A stretch of DNA of 63,893 nucleotides, filler included, from Conidiobolus incongruus B7586 (Eukaryota), in NCBI GenBank assembly GCA_000697335.1. It is 8 parts of 8 records of this genome, joined end to end, with 100 filler letters (N's around TTAATTAATTAA, not from the genome) between each part and the next. Parts side by side here need not be neighbours in the genome. Positions count along the whole stretch, not along the records: positions 62,514 to 63,893 come from JNEM01006667.1; 7 more parts are not named here. One strand, written 5' to 3'. Below the pieces are notes generated by a model. That model was not told the origin of the DNA. It worked only from the letters and a program-made list of their open reading frames with translations, and made no database searches. Both the position numbers and the translations under genes were made by a program. Positions 63,843 to 63,893 of this stretch are shown piece after piece (position 1 is the stretch's first letter; each line of letters starts with the position of its first letter).

Positions 63843-63893
63843 TAATACTTTTGATCAAAATTATATATAAATATTTTAATTATAGTTAATTAT

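Noticed and set aside
1..63893. CRISPR array, TnpB/Fanzor or other RNA-guided nuclease cargo in the transposons
   Set aside because: No regularly spaced repeats; complete mariners are ~1.3 kb with no room for cargo; no RuvC or zinc-finger ORF seen.

Overview
This is very AT-rich eukaryotic DNA with short (~50 nt) GT-AG introns, most likely from a fungus and probably an early-diverging lineage (inference from gene content; not provable here). Seven assembly gaps carry an artificial N..TTAATTAATTAA..N spacer. Host genes: a 7-TM membrane protein plus a decayed paralog, a 6-exon aldehyde dehydrogenase, three intact intronless secreted GH47 alpha-1,2-mannosidases plus a pseudogene, two amino-acid permeases (one partial), a tandem pair of kappa-GST/HCCA-isomerase (DsbA-fold) genes ending in -AKL, V-ATPase subunit D, mitoribosomal mS33/Rsm27, a PPR protein, tRNA-Val(TAC) and tRNA-Leu(TAA). 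Much of the rest is dead transposons: about 12 mariner (DD34D) copies, two Tc1 (DD34E) copies, chromodomain Ty3/gypsy elements and several solo LTRs, with a four-level nest at 21-28 kb. Top leads: (1) pervasive C->T/G->A hypermutation confined to repeats, readable as a gradient across four copies of one LTR (RIP-like or methylation-driven defence); (2) an unmutated solo LTR with a 5-bp TSD inserted 10 bp upstream of tRNA-Val (candidate tRNA-targeting retrotransposon); (3) a ~470-bp hairpin-rich island at 10.25-10.72 kb with no convincing ORF (candidate ncRNA); (4) the GH47 array, which lacks the usual disulfide cysteines.
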